Assembly (NCBI GenBank): GCA_965603825.1
Contig: CBFDEM010000022.1
Span: 62,001 to 126,000 of the forward strand
Source: Blepharisma stoltei ATCC 30299
Lineage: Eukaryota > Protista > Ciliophora
Length of the DNA: 64,000 nt
Direction of reading: 5' to 3'
Both the position numbers and the translations under genes were made by a program. Position 1 is the first letter of the stretch; the number at the start of each line of letters is the position of its first letter. The notes below the pieces were generated by a model. It saw only the letters and a program-made list of their open reading frames with translations, did not search any database and was not told the DNA's origin. Shown piece by piece: positions 13,001 through 26,200 of the stretch.

Positions 13001-15978
13001 ACAAAGGAAAAATTGGAAGAGTCTGTTAAAAAATACAATGAAAGTCTGAAAATTATTGAGCTGATGGAAGACCTAAAATTGAAAATGAATGATAAAATTT
13101 CAAATTTAACTGAAGAATGTGAGACTAAAGATCAGGATCTTAAAACATATATTGACAAATATAATCAAAGTCAATCTACTATTGATGAAATAGCAAATAA
13201 AAATTGTATACTAAATGATAAGCTTTCTCAGCTTAAATTAGAGCTAGAAAAATATAAGGGCGAAGCAGATATCACTGATCAAATAAGACTTGATTTAGAA
13301 AAAAAGCATGAACTCTATAAAGCATCAACAAATAAGCTTATAGACACTCAAAAGCAAAATATTTCTTCCTTAGAAAATGAAATTTCTGAATTGAAAGAAA
13401 ATCTCAAGCGTATTATTACTGAATCGGAAATGAAAGATAACGAGTATGATACAAATATATCAGAACTGCAAAATAAATTCAACGAAAATCTTCGGTACTT
13501 GCAAATTTTGCAGGACAATTATAATTCTCTACTGCTTAAAGAAGAAAATAGCCAAAAATTAATGTCAAAGCTTGAAAAGAAAAAGAAAAAGATTGAAAAT
13601 CTAAAAGCAAACATTTTAGATTTAAGCAAGTCAAAGGAAGAAATGGAGATTAAGATCCAGGATCTCACAAAAGATTTACAAAATCAAGATTATCTGTCAG
13701 ATCTTAAAAACAGCAAAGAAAAATTGGAAAGAGAGTATCAATCTTTAGAAGAGTGTCACAATGCTTCAGTTAAAAATAATGAAGAATTGAATGAGAAACT
13801 CAATGACTTAATTAATGAAAAGCAGTCTCTTCAAGCGTTAATTGACTCTAAGCAAGTAGAAATAGCTGAAAAAGAAAATGAAATAAATATACAAAAATCA
13901 ATATGGCAGGAAAAGCATGAAATGCTGATAGACCAATTAAATAAAAAAGAAAGCGAAATCAAAAAAATGAAGATACTATCGGAAATAATAAATTATTATT
14001 TGAAGAAATTTCATCATTAAAAGAAGAAATTGAATTATTAAAGAATGAAAATACACTTAAAGATGAGAAATTAAAAGATCTAGAAGAATTACGCGAAATC
14101 AATGATAATTTGAATTCAAAAATAGAAGAATTAACTCTCTCAGTTGAGGATTTAAGAGAAGAACAATTATGACTCGAAAAAAAAAATAAAGAACTGGAAA
14201 TACAAAATGTTTTATTAAAAAGAGAAAAAGAAAAATTGGCCTTTGAAGCAAAAGCCCAAAAGGAAAATGATGGAATAAGTGAAAAGCTAAAAGAAGATTA
14301 TGAATATCTGAAAAATAAAAAATTAGAGTTAACTAGAGAGCTTGACGAACTTAAATTAACATACAGTAGAGAACAATTGAAAAACTCTGAAAAGGAGAAA
14401 TTATTGGCTAAAGATATTTCTGATTTGGAAAATAATAATAAAAATTTATTGAAAGATATTGCTGCTAAAAATAAAGAATTAGAAAATTTTGAAAATATCA
14501 CATCAACTTTTGAAGAATATAAGAGAAAAAATGAAATTTTATCGCAAAAAATAGAAGAAGATAAAGAAGTCATAGAGCTCTTAAATAGAGAAAAATCGGA
14601 TTCAAATCTAAAGTATCAATCATTTCAAATTGAAAAAATAGAGCTTATTAAGCAAAACGACGAGGAAAAATCAGATCTCAACTCAAAAATCAATGATTTA
14701 CGCCAGCAAATCCTTCAAGCTAGACAAGAAAATGAATCAGTTATTGAGAACTATTTAAAGCTAAAGGAAACAACAAATAAGCTAAATTCCCAAATTAATA
14801 GACATGGAAGTCTATTATTAGAAAACAAAAATTTAGAAAGCAAGCTATTAATTATTGAAAAGGAAAATCAAGGATTAAATGAAGAAATAGTGAAAAAGGA
14901 TAATGAAATTAACTATATAAAAGAAACATACAATGACAAAATTAAATCCTTAAACAATCTCATTGAAGATTCAAAAATTGTATTAAATTCAAAGGAAGTA
15001 GAAATAGAGAAAAAAAATGAAATAATTCAAGATTTGAATTATCAGCTTCAAGCCAGGATTCAAGAACTAAATGCAAATGGTGATTTAATAGCTCAATACG
15101 TTGAAGAAATCCAAAGAAAAGATATGGAAATTCTTGAGTATGAAGAAATTATTAAAACTATTGATGAAAAATATGAAACGAAAATAAAAGAAATTTCTGA
15201 TAAGTATTCAGCAGAAATAAAGGGTAGAGATTATAAAATTATAAGGCTTGAAGAAGAGAGTCAAAGAATTGAATTAGAGCATCATAATTTATTAGAAGAG
15301 TACGACAAATTGCTAAATACTAACATGGATTTAGAAGAAAATATTAAAAAATTAAATGAAAAAATCCAAAATCTTGAAGATGAAATAAATAATTCTCTCA
15401 ATCAAGCAAGCCCAGGAGAAATAGATAATGATAAAGAAAAAATCGAAGTAATTATAAAGTAGACTGAATATGAAATACTTTTAGAAGAATTTAATGAAAT
15501 AAAAAGTTCTTTAGATGTTTTACCAGGAAATGAAGAAGAAATATCAAAGCTTAAAGAAGAAATCTCTAGGAAAACCATAGATCTAGATAGCGCTCATACA
15601 GAATTAAATGTATTGGTTATTTAGAATATAAACGAAAGATTAAAAGAGAGTTTAAGTGATAATATTGACCTAAGAAGTAAAATTAGAGAGATTGAGATTA
15701 ATAATCAAGAAAATCAAACACTTTTAAATAGGACTTCTGTCTTAGAAAAAGAATTATCGGATTATCAAAATCAAATTGGAAGCAATGAGAAGCTAAAAAG
15801 TGAGTTAAATGATGCAAATACGCAAAATGAGATGATGAGAAAAAAGGTTGCCGAATATACAAGTTTGATTGAAGATCCCAAGTTTCAGCTAAAAGCACAA
15901 GGGCCGAATACGAACAACTATATTCATTTTTTAGAAGAGCTTAGAAAAATGTATAGTGAGGCTTCAAGAAATGAATAA
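10053..15978 (+). pseudogene. Disrupted copy of the large coiled-coil gene
   Basis: Near-identical to 20487-26600. TAA at 12336 is created by a 9-nt deletion; frame changes occur near 12550 and 13970, with a ~170-nt deletion near 15435. Keeps 15-nt introns at 10467-10481, 15448-15462 and 15610-15624. Confidence 0.85.
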
Positions 15979-16399
15979 CCAATAAGCCTGGCTCTTCATT
16001 TAATTTATACATTTATTAAATTTTTATATATTGTGAAATCTTTGTTTCTTGTATGTTTACATTTTTTAATCAATAAAAAATTTAATAAATAGTGAAAGGA
16101 CGAAATAGAAATTATTTTAGATATTTTTTATATAAAAGTCAATTTCAATATATTTATTTTAAATATAAACATTTTTATCATGAAGTAATAAGTATTTCAG
16201 ATTATTGATAATATAATGTTTCCTATCAATTTAAGTTGATATTTTATTTGAAATTTTATCTATTCTTAATAATTTTAAAGCATCATTATCTCCCTTACTG
16301 ATTCAATAATTTCATAAATATTGAACACATTTAAACTAGTATAAATAAATTATTAAATTTATTAAAGAAAAACAATTACTGATTATAAAAATTAATCAA

Positions 16400-17242
16400 A
16401 TGGCAAATCCGTTCAATGGGCCTCCATTCTTTCCAAATTCCATGGGCTGCCAGTTTCCTGGAACTCTAAATGCAGGGCAATCTAATGGAAACTCCAACGC
16501 ATTTCAAGGCCAAAAAATTATGAACGCTATTATGCTTCAGGGGAAACTAATGCAGCAAATTGCTGAACAGAATGAAAATTTGCACAACAAGCTAGCAGAT
16601 ATTAGAAGAGAAATTGAAAATTTGCAAGTTCCAGGGCTTCCTTCAGACCCACAAAGTGGCATTGTCCCTTCAAAACAGAACCTTCTGGACCTTCTAACCG
16701 GAGAAGACACAAAATTTGATTTTTCTCTTGAACTGTCAGGTTCAGTACCCAACCCAGTCTGTAAAGGAAAATATTTTTCAATAAAAGTTTTCCTCGAGCC
16801 AGTTGGGGAGGAGAGAATTCCTATTGAAGAAAGAATCCAATTAGGGGTCTCCTTATATACAGCAGAAAATCCACCAAAACTCATTAACCATAATATGTCT
16901 GGTGGAGGTATGATAAAAGGTCATAGTACCAGTTGGCTGACTTATGACGAAAACGAGCGAAAACACGCTACATCGTTTAAAATTCAGCTTAATGAGGTTA
17001 CGTCACATTTTCGAAATGGATGGGTTTTCCTTGTTGTGCAGCCTCAGACACCTTGTGAGTATTTAGAGCAGTCGGGGTATAAGCTGAAGCCTTTAATTGT
17101 AAAGCATTTAGTTATCAAGGCAAAAGAAACGACTTGCAAGAGGTGGAGGGAAAAAGGAAAAGTTAGCAATATTTTGCCTGAAGCAACTGAAGATGCGTCT
17201 CAGGGCTCTCATGAATCGTCTGAAGAGTCAGAAGAAAATTAA
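16400..17242 (+). CDS. Hypothetical protein, 280 aa (short coiled coil + beta-rich domain + acidic tail)
   Basis: Clean ATG-TAA ORF, higher GC than flanks. Confidence 0.8.
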   Translation: MANPFNGPPFFPNSMGCQFPGTLNAGQSNGNSNAFQGQKIMNAIMLQGKLMQQIAEQNENLHNKLADIRREIENLQVPGLPSDPQSGIVPSKQNLLDLLTGEDTKFDFSLELSGSVPNPVCKGKYFSIKVFLEPVGEERIPIEERIQLGVSLYTAENPPKLINHNMSGGGMIKGHSTSWLTYDENERKHATSFKIQLNEVTSHFRNGWVFLVVQPQTPCEYLEQSGYKLKPLIVKHLVIKAKETTCKRWREKGKVSNILPEATEDASQGSHESSEESEEN

Positions 17243-17516
17243 ATTTTATTACCAATAAATATAAATGACGATTTTTCTTAAATTTGTGATTCAGGAATTA
17301 CTCATATTTTTGCATACTCCTAAATATAGCACCAATTTTATTAAAATCTGGCAATTTTTGTCTATGACAGCAAATAATTTCTATTATAATTCTTAACAAT
17401 TATTTTCTGACTTAAAGACAAAATAAAATTAATATTCAAATTCATTTATTGACGCTGTTGATTTTATTTTAAGCCTTCCATGAAATTATGAATTTCAGTA
17501 TAGTGGTTATATAAAT

Positions 17517-18464
17517 ATGAGTAGATCAAATCAGATTGAGCTGATGGGCAAGAGCATTATTTTGCAAGATTCGCTGTCACTTCATGAATTTAGTCTACTC
17601 AGCCAACTTAGGAAAACACCAACTGTCAAAACTCTTCTAATTCGTAAAAATGACACTCGAGAACTCCTTATAATGAGAATGATTAAGAAACGATCAAAAA
17701 TTTCTGTGCCTCTATTAAGAATCCAACAAGAAATTCAGCATCCTTTTATCTGTCCTGTAAAATACACCTTTGAAAACTCAAAGAGAAAGTATTATGTATT
17801 TGATTGCTTTCAAACATGTGGCGAATTGATAAACTGGTCTAATAATAGGCTTTTTGATGAAGAAACAGTAAAGTTTTATTCTGCGTGCATTTTATTAGCA
17901 GTTTTACATTATCATCAAAATAGCATTGCTTATCTCAAGTAAAAATTATTTAGTCTAAATCTTGAAAATGTATTGGTTGATTCCCAAGGGTATGCAAAAT
18001 TAATAAGCCGTGAAGCTTGTGGAGAAATTGACAATGGAGAAATTTCTGAGTTTTTAGCACCTGAAGTGATATTTAAAGAAAAATTTGGATTTTCCGCTGA
18101 CGTGTGATCACTGGGAGCTTTTATATATAAAATGCTAGTTGGGTCACGAATTTATTCTAAAAATCAATTATTAGAAAAAGTAGATCTAGAGCAATTAAAA
18201 TTCCCATCAAATATTTCATATGAAGCTAAAAATTTAGTAGAAGCATTACTTATTAAAAATCCAAGCCAAAGATTAAGCGAACAAGAAATTAAAAATCATC
18301 CATGGTTTGCGAATATTGATTGGGAAAGATTAGAGTCTAAAGAAATAGAGTCCCCAACGTTGATAAGGGGAGAAATCTCACAGAGAATTCCGCTGGAATC
18401 TAATTATCAGACACAATCAGCAAGAATATTTCAAGCCCAAGATCCGATTATAAATACAATTTAA
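17517..18464 (+). CDS. AGC-family kinase-like protein, probable pseudokinase; intron 17939-17953
   Basis: HPFI, FYSACILLA, LENVLVD, FLAPEV, DV(TGA)SLG, HPWFANIDW. The catalytic loop reads YLNLNLEN and the DFG position reads SRE. Confidence 0.85.
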
Positions 18465-18648
18465 TTTCTTTAAATATCATCCCTAACTATGAAGATTCTA
18501 TTTAGTTTTAAATATATTTAACCCTTCTTATAGAGATGCTTTTCCTGCATTAAGTCTCTCAAATAGCCTAAAATTTCAGACAATTTCTTTCTTGCTTATT
18601 TAACTCAAATTTTAAACTAAAATATTATCCTGTATAAATCTCATAAAA

Positions 18649-19074
18649 TTATTTATTTAAAATCCTTAATCTAAGCCTTCTTATCATGGCATCAATTTTA
18701 CCCCAAGTTTCTTCCATAAGAATTAGTAATGCTGAAATTAATCCAATATTCGATAAAGACATTTGAAATATTCATTCTTCAGAAGCGTAAAATGGGTTAT
18801 AGATTGACCAAGTTGATAATGAAAGCAGGAATAATAAAATACAGCTGACTTCTTCGAATTTTAATAGGAGCAAAATTGTTGATAAGAGGATAGACCCACC
18901 GTATAGTCTTACTGCCGTTGTTGCGTCTGGATAAAAAGAAGTGTGGGAAAAGTAATGATTTAGACCGGCCTTTCATTCAGTAGTATAGTGTTCAGGGTTT
19001 GTAAGCATTCTTGAACCTAAAACTAAGAGGATTGCTGCTAGGAGCAATTTTCCCGCTAATTTTCTAGTTCCCAT
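18649..19074 (-). CDS. Small multi-pass membrane protein, 141 aa (missed by ORF track)
   Basis: ATG at 19074 to TAA at 18649, open with two TGA=Trp; about four hydrophobic segments. Confidence 0.7.
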
Positions 19075-19510
19075 TTATTATTTGTAAATAAATCTGTCAA
19101 AATAAATATTAAATCGCGTAAAGTTATTTAAAATTAAGCTTAATAAATGATTTGCTACATTATAGATAATATTCCTTTTATTTTTCAAGTTAAAAAGTGT
19201 ATTATTATTTTTTAATAGAAAATAAGGAATCTTCTTTAAATATTGAATAGTCATGCTCCTTTTTGTGCTGATTTTTAACAAAAAATTGATTTGGAAGAGC
19301 AATAAACTCAAAAAATACATTCAAAAAAATCAATAAGAAAAAAGGATTTAAAAGGAAATTTGCAGATTCAGCTCATGGAATAATATTGCTAAGCATTAAT
19401 ATTGCCATTTACAAATTAATCTCAGTTATTGTATTACTGCATGAAATTGATCAAATCTCGAACACACTTAATCAATTAAAAATTTGATTTAAATATAAAT
19501 ATAGCAATTT

Positions 19511-19960
19511 TTACTTTTGAACTTGACCTTTATATTCAAGCTCCTCGAAAATTTTAAGTCTTCTTTTAGCACTATCATCATTCCCTTTCTTAAAAACAAG
19601 CTTCTGGGTATTTAGATTTATTTTTAAGTTTGAAGGGGAAAACTCTCGGTGTTTGAACTGGCATCGAGTTCCATAAAGGCAATACCCTAGCTCATAAAAT
19701 TGCTTACATTTTTTCGTTCTGTAATTGTTCGGAAGAGTGGTTTTCTCTCGAAGCTCATGAATCCCATGAGCAAATGCGCATGAATCCCCAAATTCGCACT
19801 TACCATTCTCCCAATTTCGGCACATTTCGGTTTTATATTTAATTGTAAAATCTACTTCTTTCGTGTTTTCTACTATATCTGTTGGCATCTGAATAAGTGT
19901 ATTTTTACTGTTTTGGCCTAGCCAAGGATTGCATGTTATCCCGATGTGAAACTCCTGCAT
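19511..19960 (-). CDS. Tandem CCCH zinc-finger protein (TTP/ZFP36-like)
   Basis: KYKTEMC-x8-C-x5-C-x3-H and YRTKKC-x8-C-x5-C-x3-H; ATG at 19960. Confidence 0.9.
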   Translation of the reverse strand: MQEFHIGITCNPWLGQNSKNTLIQMPTDIVENTKEVDFTIKYKTEMCRNWENGKCEFGDSCAFAHGIHELREKTTLPNNYRTKKCKQFYELGYCLYGTRCQFKHREFSPSNLKINLNTQKLVFKKGNDDSAKRRLKIFEELEYKGQVQK

Positions 19961-20287
19961 TCTGATTGACAAATTTTTATTATATAAAAATTGTTTTATA
20001 TCAGAAAGAAATTTGACAATGAAAATACAGGAATATGTATAAGAAATCAAATAGAAAAGAAAATTATTTTACTATTAGTGATATATATATTTTAGCTTAA
20101 GATTATGGGGGTGCCAATTGAGATTTATTTTTTTAAAAATAAAATAGTTCACAAATATGATTGATAAGATTTATGTGATTGGGATTTCAAAGTAGTCTAT
20201 GGTTATTTGTGTTTTAGCAAGTTTCTTGGAAAAAGGAAAACGGATATAATTTGTTGTATAAAAATGCACTTTTTGTATATAGATTAA

Positions 20288-23200
20288 TTAAAATAAATAT
20301 ATTGAAAATGACTTTTATACAAAAAATATCTAAAATAATTCTATGTCGTCCTTTCACTATTTATTGGATTTTTGTTGATTTAAAATGCTAGTATGCAAGA
20401 AACAGTGATTGTACAATATATAGAAATTATGAATGGCACAAGTATTTAATAAATATATAAATTAAATAATGAGCTTGATTTATTGGTTATTCATTTCTTG
20501 AAGCCTCACTATACATTTTTCTAAGTTCATCTAGTTCATTTTGAAGCTCATAGTTAGTTTCTTCTAAAAAATTAATTTGGTTTTCATAATAATTTTTGGT
20601 ATTCGGCCCTTGTGCTTTTAGCTGATACTTGAGATCTTCAATCAAACTTGTATATTCAACAGTCTTTTTTCTCATCATCTCATTTTGCGTATTTGCATCA
20701 TTTAACTCACTTTTTAGCTTCTCAAAGCTTCCAATTTGATTTTGATAATCCGATAATTCTTTTTCTAAGCCAGAAATCCTATCTAAAAGTGCTTGATTTT
20801 CTTGATTATTAATCTCAATCTCTCTAATTTTACTTTTTAGGTCAATATTATCAATTAAACTCTCTTTTAATCTTTCTTTTATATTCTAAATAACCAATAC
20901 ATTTAATTCTGCATGAGTGCTATCTAAGTCTATGGTTTTCCTAGAGACTTCTTCTTTAAGCTTTGATATTTCTTCTTCATTTCCTGGTAAAACATCTGAA
21001 GAATTTTTTATTGCATTAAATTCTTCCAATAGTATTTCATATTCAGCCTACATTATAATTACTTCGATTTTTTCATAATTTTGAATAATATAAGAATTTT
21101 CATTTTTCAATGAATCATATGAATCCCTTGTCTTTTCTAGTTCTGAACTCAGATTGTTTATGATGTCATTCTTTTCATCTATATCTAGTTTTGCTTTATC
21201 AAGCTGTGTTGCTAAGTCTTCGATTTTAGCATTTAAGATGGAAAATTCTTTATCTATTTCTCCTAGGCTTGCTTGATTGAGAGAATTATTTATTTCATCT
21301 TCAAGATTTTGGATTTTTTCATTTAATTTTTCAATATTTTCTTCTAAATCCATATTAGTATTTAGCAATTTGTCGTACTCTTCTAATAAATTATGATGCT
21401 CTAATTCAATTCTTTGACTCTCTTCTTCAAGCCTTATAATTTTCAAATCTCTACCCTTTATTTCTGCTGAATACTTATCAGAAATTTCTTTTATTTTCGT
21501 TTCGTATTTTTCATCAATAGTTTTAATAATTTCTTCATACTCAAGAATTTCCATATCTTTTCTTTGGATTTCTTCAACGTATTGAGCTATTAAATCACCA
21601 TTTGCATTTAGTTCTTGAATCCTGGCTTGAAGCTGATAATTCAAATCTTGAATTATTTCATTTTTTTTCTCTATTTCTACTTCCTTTGAATTTAATACAT
21701 TTTTTGAATCCTCAATGAGATTGTTTAAGGATTTAATTTTGTCATTGTATGTTTCTTTTATATAGTTAATTTCATTATCCTTTTTCACTATTTCTTCATT
21801 TAATCCTTGATTTTCCTTTTCAATAATTAATAGCTTGCTTTCTAAATTTTTGTTGTCTAATAATAGGCTTCCATGTCTATTAATTTGAGAATTTAGCTCA
21901 TTTGCTGTTTCCTTTAGTTTTAAATAGTCCTCAATAACTGATTCATTTTCTTGTCTAGCTTGAAGGAGTTGCTGGCCTAAATCATTGATTTTTGAGTTGA
22001 GATCTGATTTTTCCTCGTCGTTCTGCTTAATAAGTTCTAATTTTTCATTTTGCAATGATTGATACTTTAGATCTGAATCCAATTTTTCTCTATTTAAGAG
22101 CTCTATGGCTTCTTTATCTTCTTCTATTTTTTGCGATAAAATTTCATTTTTTCTCTTATATTCTTCAAAAGTTGATGTGATATTTTCAAAATTTTCTAAT
22201 TCTTTATTTTTAGCAGCAATATCTTTCAATAAATTTTTATTATTATTTTCCAAATCAGAAATATCTTTAGCCAATAATTTCTCCTTTTCAGAGTTTTTTA
22301 ATTGTTCTCTACTGTATGTTAATTTAAGTTCGTCAAGCTCTCTAGTTAACTCTAATTTTTTATTTTTCAGATATTCATAATCTTCTTTTAGCTTTTCACT
22401 TATTCCATCGTTTTCCTTTTGGTTTTTTGCTTCAAAGGCCAATTTTTCTTTTTCTCTTTTTAATAAAACATTTTGTATTTCCAGTTCTTTATTTTTTTTT
22501 TCGAGTCATAATTGTTCTTCTCTTAAATCCTCAACTGAGAGAGTTAATTCTTCTATTTTTGAATTCAAATTATCATTGATTTCGCGTAATTCTTCTAGAT
22601 CTTTTAATTTCTCATCTTTAAGTGTATTTTCATTCTTTAATAATTCAATTTCTTCAAATAATAATTTATTATTTCCAATAGCATCTTCATTTTTTTTGAT
22701 TTCGCTTTCTTTTTTATTTAATTGGTCTATCAGCATTTCATGCTTTTCTTGCCATATTGATTTTTGTATATTTATTTCATTTTCTTTTTCAGTTATTTCT
22801 ACTTGCTTAGAGTCAATTAACGCTTGAAGAGACTGCTTTTCATTAATTAAGTCATTGAGTTTCTCATTCAAGTCTTCATTATTTTTAACTGAAGCATTGT
22901 AACACTCTTCTAAAGATTGATACTCTCTTTCCAATTTTTCTTTGCTGTTTTTAAGATCTGACAGATAATCTTGATTTTGTAAATCTTTTGTGAGATCCTG
23001 GATCTTAATCTCCATTTCTTCCTTTGACTTGCTTAAATCTAAAATGTTTGCTTTTAGATTTTCAATCTTTTTCTTTTTCTTTTCAAGCTTTGACATTAAT
23101 TTTTGGCTATTTTCTTCTTTAAGCAGTAGAGAATTATAATTGTCTTGCAGAATTTGCAAGTACCGAAGGTTTTCGTTGAATTTATTTTGAAGTTCTGATA

Positions 23201-26200
23201 TATTTGTATCATACTCGTTATCTTTCATTTCCGATTCAGTAATAATACGCTTGAGATTTTCCTTCAATTCAGAAATTTCATTTTCTAAGGAAGAAATATT
23301 TTGCTTTTGAGTGTCTATAAGCTTATTTGTTGATGCTTTATAGAGTTCATGCTTTTTTTCTAAATCAAGTCTTATCTGATCAGTGATATCTGCTTCGCCC
23401 TTATATTTTTCTAGCTCTAATTTAAGCTGAGAAAGCTTATCATTTAGTATACAATTTTTATTTGCTATTTCATCAATAGTAGATTGACTTTGATTATATT
23501 TGTCAATATATGTTTTAAGATCCTGATCTTTAGTCTCACATTCTTCAGTTAAATTTGAAATTTTATCATTCATTTTCAATTTTAGGTCTTCCATCAGCTC
23601 AATAATTTTCAGACTTTCATTGTATTTTTTAACAGACTCCTCCAATTTTTCCTTTGTTTCTTGCAATTCTCTATTAATTCTACTTTTATCCTCCTCTCTC
23701 TCCTTACTCAACTTTTCTTCAATAATTCCATATGGCATCAAATCATGTTCTTGGTCCTTTTGGTCCTCAATTAAAGCTTCAATATCATTCTCTAGCTCAA
23801 AAATTTTGTCCTCTTTGGCTTTAATTTCTGCTTGAAAATTATTCCGGTTAATCTCAATTTGTTTATTTAAGTCTGATATTATTGCATCCTTACTTTGTAT
23901 TTCTTTCAAAAAGTTATTCGATAATTTTTCAACAGTGACTTTTAGCTTTTCAATATCTTCTTTTGCCTGAATATAGTTGCTTTCTTTATTTTTCCAATTT
24001 AAATTTTCATATAAAAGATCTGAGTTTTGTTTTTCTAGATCTTTAACCATGTCTTTATATTTTTTGAGTTTTGTTGCTAATTTTTCTTCATTTGATTTAT
24101 ATCTTGATAAAGAATCTTGGAGCTCTTCGTTTAGATTGATAAGTCCTCCTAGTTTAACTTCAAGCTCCTTATTCAATTTTGCTCGATTTTCAAGTTCTTC
24201 TTTAGCCGCTTCTAATTTTTCTAATGAATTTTTATATAATTTTTCTAAACTTTTTATCTTTTCTTTATCATCTTGGATTTCAAATTTAATTTTTAAGGAC
24301 TGAGCTTCTTCCAGGGAAATTTTCAATCTGCTTATTTCATTTAAAAGAGAGTCATTTTTATAAGATAATTCCTTAATTTCCATATCATCTTTGTCAATTT
24401 CATTATTCAGGCTTATGATTTTTTTTATCATTTTATTCACAGCCAATGCTAAATCATCTAAACCTCCGTCTATAGTGTGACCAATTTCAATTTCTTCATA
24501 ATTCAATATTTTTTCTATAATCATTTCTATTTTATTTTCGACTGTTTTTGATTTTTCACATTCTGTTAAGAATTCATTCCTCAAGTCGTCAATAGCCTCT
24601 TTCAAATTACTATTTTCTTCTGATTGCTTTTTAAGCTGAGATTGTAATGATTCATTTTTTTTAGTCAGGTCTCCTATGCTATTGATGCTTGCTTTGCTAT
24701 CATATTGAATATTTTTTAATTGTGTTGTGAGGTTTTTGTTTTTAGATGTTTCTTCTGCTAGTTTATTATTTAATTCGCTCAATTCTTTTCTTAATCCCTC
24801 GTTTGCAATTATTTTTGATTCAAGTTCACTGTTTTGATCTTTAATTTTCTGTTTTATGGATTGGTTTTCATTTAAAAGATTCCTAGCCTGCTTAATATCA
24901 GCTTCTAATTCTTTTATATTTTCTCTCAAATTTGAATTTTCTTGAGCAAAACGCTTATTTTCTATTTCGAGTGTTTTAAGTTTTTGATTCAATGGATAAA
25001 GCTCAGTTTCAGTACGCAGCCTTATATTTTCATAGCTATTTATCTGCTCTATAAGTTTAATTTTATAATTTTCAAGACTTTGAACTTCTTTTATATAGCG
25101 TCTTATTATTAGATCTTTGGATTCTAAGTCATCTTTAAGTCTCTTAATATCAGCTTCATTTGCTGCAATATCACTTAGAGCTTGATTGAAATTTTGCCAA
25201 TAATCATCATTTTTCTTTTGCAATTCTTTTTTACTTTGATTTGAAGAGTGAAGATCTCTATTTAATTTTTCGATTTCTTCTCTTAATTCCTTAATCAGCC
25301 TTTCATATCTGTTTTTCTCTGACTTTGACTCATTTAAGAGTCTATCATAATTTATCTTGGAGGTAAGATATAAATTGGAATTGCTTTCTGATCCTGCTAA
25401 TTTTAGTTTTAAATCAATTATTTCTGATCGTAAGTCTTCATTTTTCTTTGATAGCTGGCTATTGCACTCTTCAAGATTATGACTTTTCTCTTGCAATTCA
25501 TTTATTACTGATGATGCCTTAGATAAGTTATTTTCAAGAGTCCCAATATTTGGTATTTGGCTGTTTTCTTTTATTTCTTTTTGCAATTTTTCAATTTTTC
25601 TTTTATAATTATTCTCACTATTAATAAGTTGCCTTTTGCCTTCGGTTAAAGCAGCTAACTCTTGCTTCAAATCTTTTATTTCTTTTTTTAGCATATCGTT
25701 ATTACTTCTTTCATTTTCTAATTCAGATTTACGCCAAATGTTTGACTTTTCAACTGATTGATTGCTCAAATTTTGAATTTTTTCTTTTAATCTATTATTT
25801 TCTCTTTCTAAGGCCAAGTTTGAGGTTTCCAAGTCTCTATATATTTTTTCAATTGTTTCCGTTTTTGATTCAACATTATTTCTATTTGGACTTCTAGACA
25901 AGCGCTGCTCATTTCGAGATTTTATGATATCATTTTCTTTTTGTAATTCTGCGCATCTATTCTTAAGTTCTACTGCACGATCTCAATAATCTTTCATGGT
26001 GGACTCTTGTGAGTTTAAAATTGCCTCTTTTTGCTCTAGTATCTGCTTTAACTCATTAATTTCTTCCTGATACTTGTTCTCTAGGCTGTGCTTCAGTTCA
26101 TTGATCTTTTTTTGATACTTTTCAATGATTTTATTCTCAAAAGCTTCTTCATTGCCCCTATTGTTAGGATTCTACATAAATATCACCTTATAATTTGCAT

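Larger units (their letters stand above)
9327..16165. repeat. Left arm of ~7-kb inverted duplication (right arm ~20288-27406)
   Basis: Reverse-complement near-identity across the coiled-coil gene, the shared intergenic region and the USP 5' end. Confidence 0.93.
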
